A stretch of 64,000 nucleotides of DNA from Planctomycetota bacterium. Lineage in GTDB: Bacteria > Planctomycetota > UBA1135. The DNA is taken from the NCBI GenBank assembly GCA_024275135.1, contig JAJRZS010000018.1, forward strand, positions 89,826 to 153,825, in the 5' to 3' direction. Below the pieces are notes generated by a model. The model searched no databases. It worked only from the letters and a program-made list of their open reading frames with translations, and had not been told where the DNA came from. The translations under genes were made by a program, and so were the position numbers. Shown here in pieces: positions 63,967 to 64,000 of this stretch (positions are counted from its first letter, which is position 1; each line of letters starts with the position of its first letter).

Positions 63967-64000
63967 CTTATCCCTCTTCCCTCCGGATTGCGACGCCCTC

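Noticed and set aside
1-64000. Genomic-island or mobile-element boundaries, tRNA/rRNA genes, riboswitches
   Set aside because: No integrase, transposase or recombinase motifs, no direct-repeat flanks and no tRNA-like cloverleaf candidates were found. Intergenic spaces are mostly under 100 bp, with the longest ~200 bp. No leader is long enough with a recognisable riboswitch core; queE has only a 50-bp upstream spacer.

Overview
This is a 64-kb, gene-dense window with about 50 protein genes on both strands and roughly 57-58% GC by eye. I found no rRNA, tRNA, CRISPR array, transposase, integrase or phage genes. It reads as core chromosome of a diderm bacterium. It is lipoprotein-rich and carries a PVC-style 'small basic protein'-like ORF, but the phylum cannot be fixed without a database search. 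All family calls come from motifs read by eye in the supplied translations or in my own hand translations; no HMM or BLAST was possible. The ORF track gives longest ATG/GTG/TTG ORFs, so many starts were trimmed using signal peptides, family N-termini, SD sequences and start/stop overlaps.

Layout:
- 1-8.2 kb is housekeeping. It holds the start of the dcw cluster (mraZ-rsmH-ftsL-ftsI, including a PBP gene absent from the ORF track), plus der, queE and a family-4 UDG.
- 8.4-21.2 kb is locus A. Two paralogous TPR-liposecretins bracket three TPR-like proteins, ExbB-ExbD-ExbD and a PLP decarboxylase. All are co-directional, and the block has no ATPase and no TonB.
- 21.2-39.3 kb is housekeeping and transport. 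It holds a HAD hydrolase, a Yej/Dpp-like peptide ABC importer, ridA, coaD, comEC, comM, a polytopic membrane protein plus a sulfatase-like enzyme, a DASS transporter, proline dehydrogenase, a DHH phosphoesterase and an amidohydrolase.
- 39.3-64 kb is locus B. It has four ~1040-1200-aa lipoproteins in two paralogue families, each starting with Ig-like (Big_5/SbsA-type) modules. They are packed with a small related lipoprotein, a prepilin peptidase and an OmpA-like coiled-coil lipoprotein. After a strong hairpin come an EF-G paralogue (catalytic His replaced by Tyr) translationally coupled to a pseudopilin. Further upstream lie a PyrB-PyrI(Zn) fusion, an orphan copy of a giant-gene C-terminal module abutting a short MnmE-like gene, coaX and a GspC-like PDZ protein.

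The best candidates for an undescribed system are locus A (a secretin plus PMF-stator block) and locus B (a giant-lipoprotein, prepilin-peptidase and EF-G-like cluster). They may be two halves of one envelope machine. That link is inference only.
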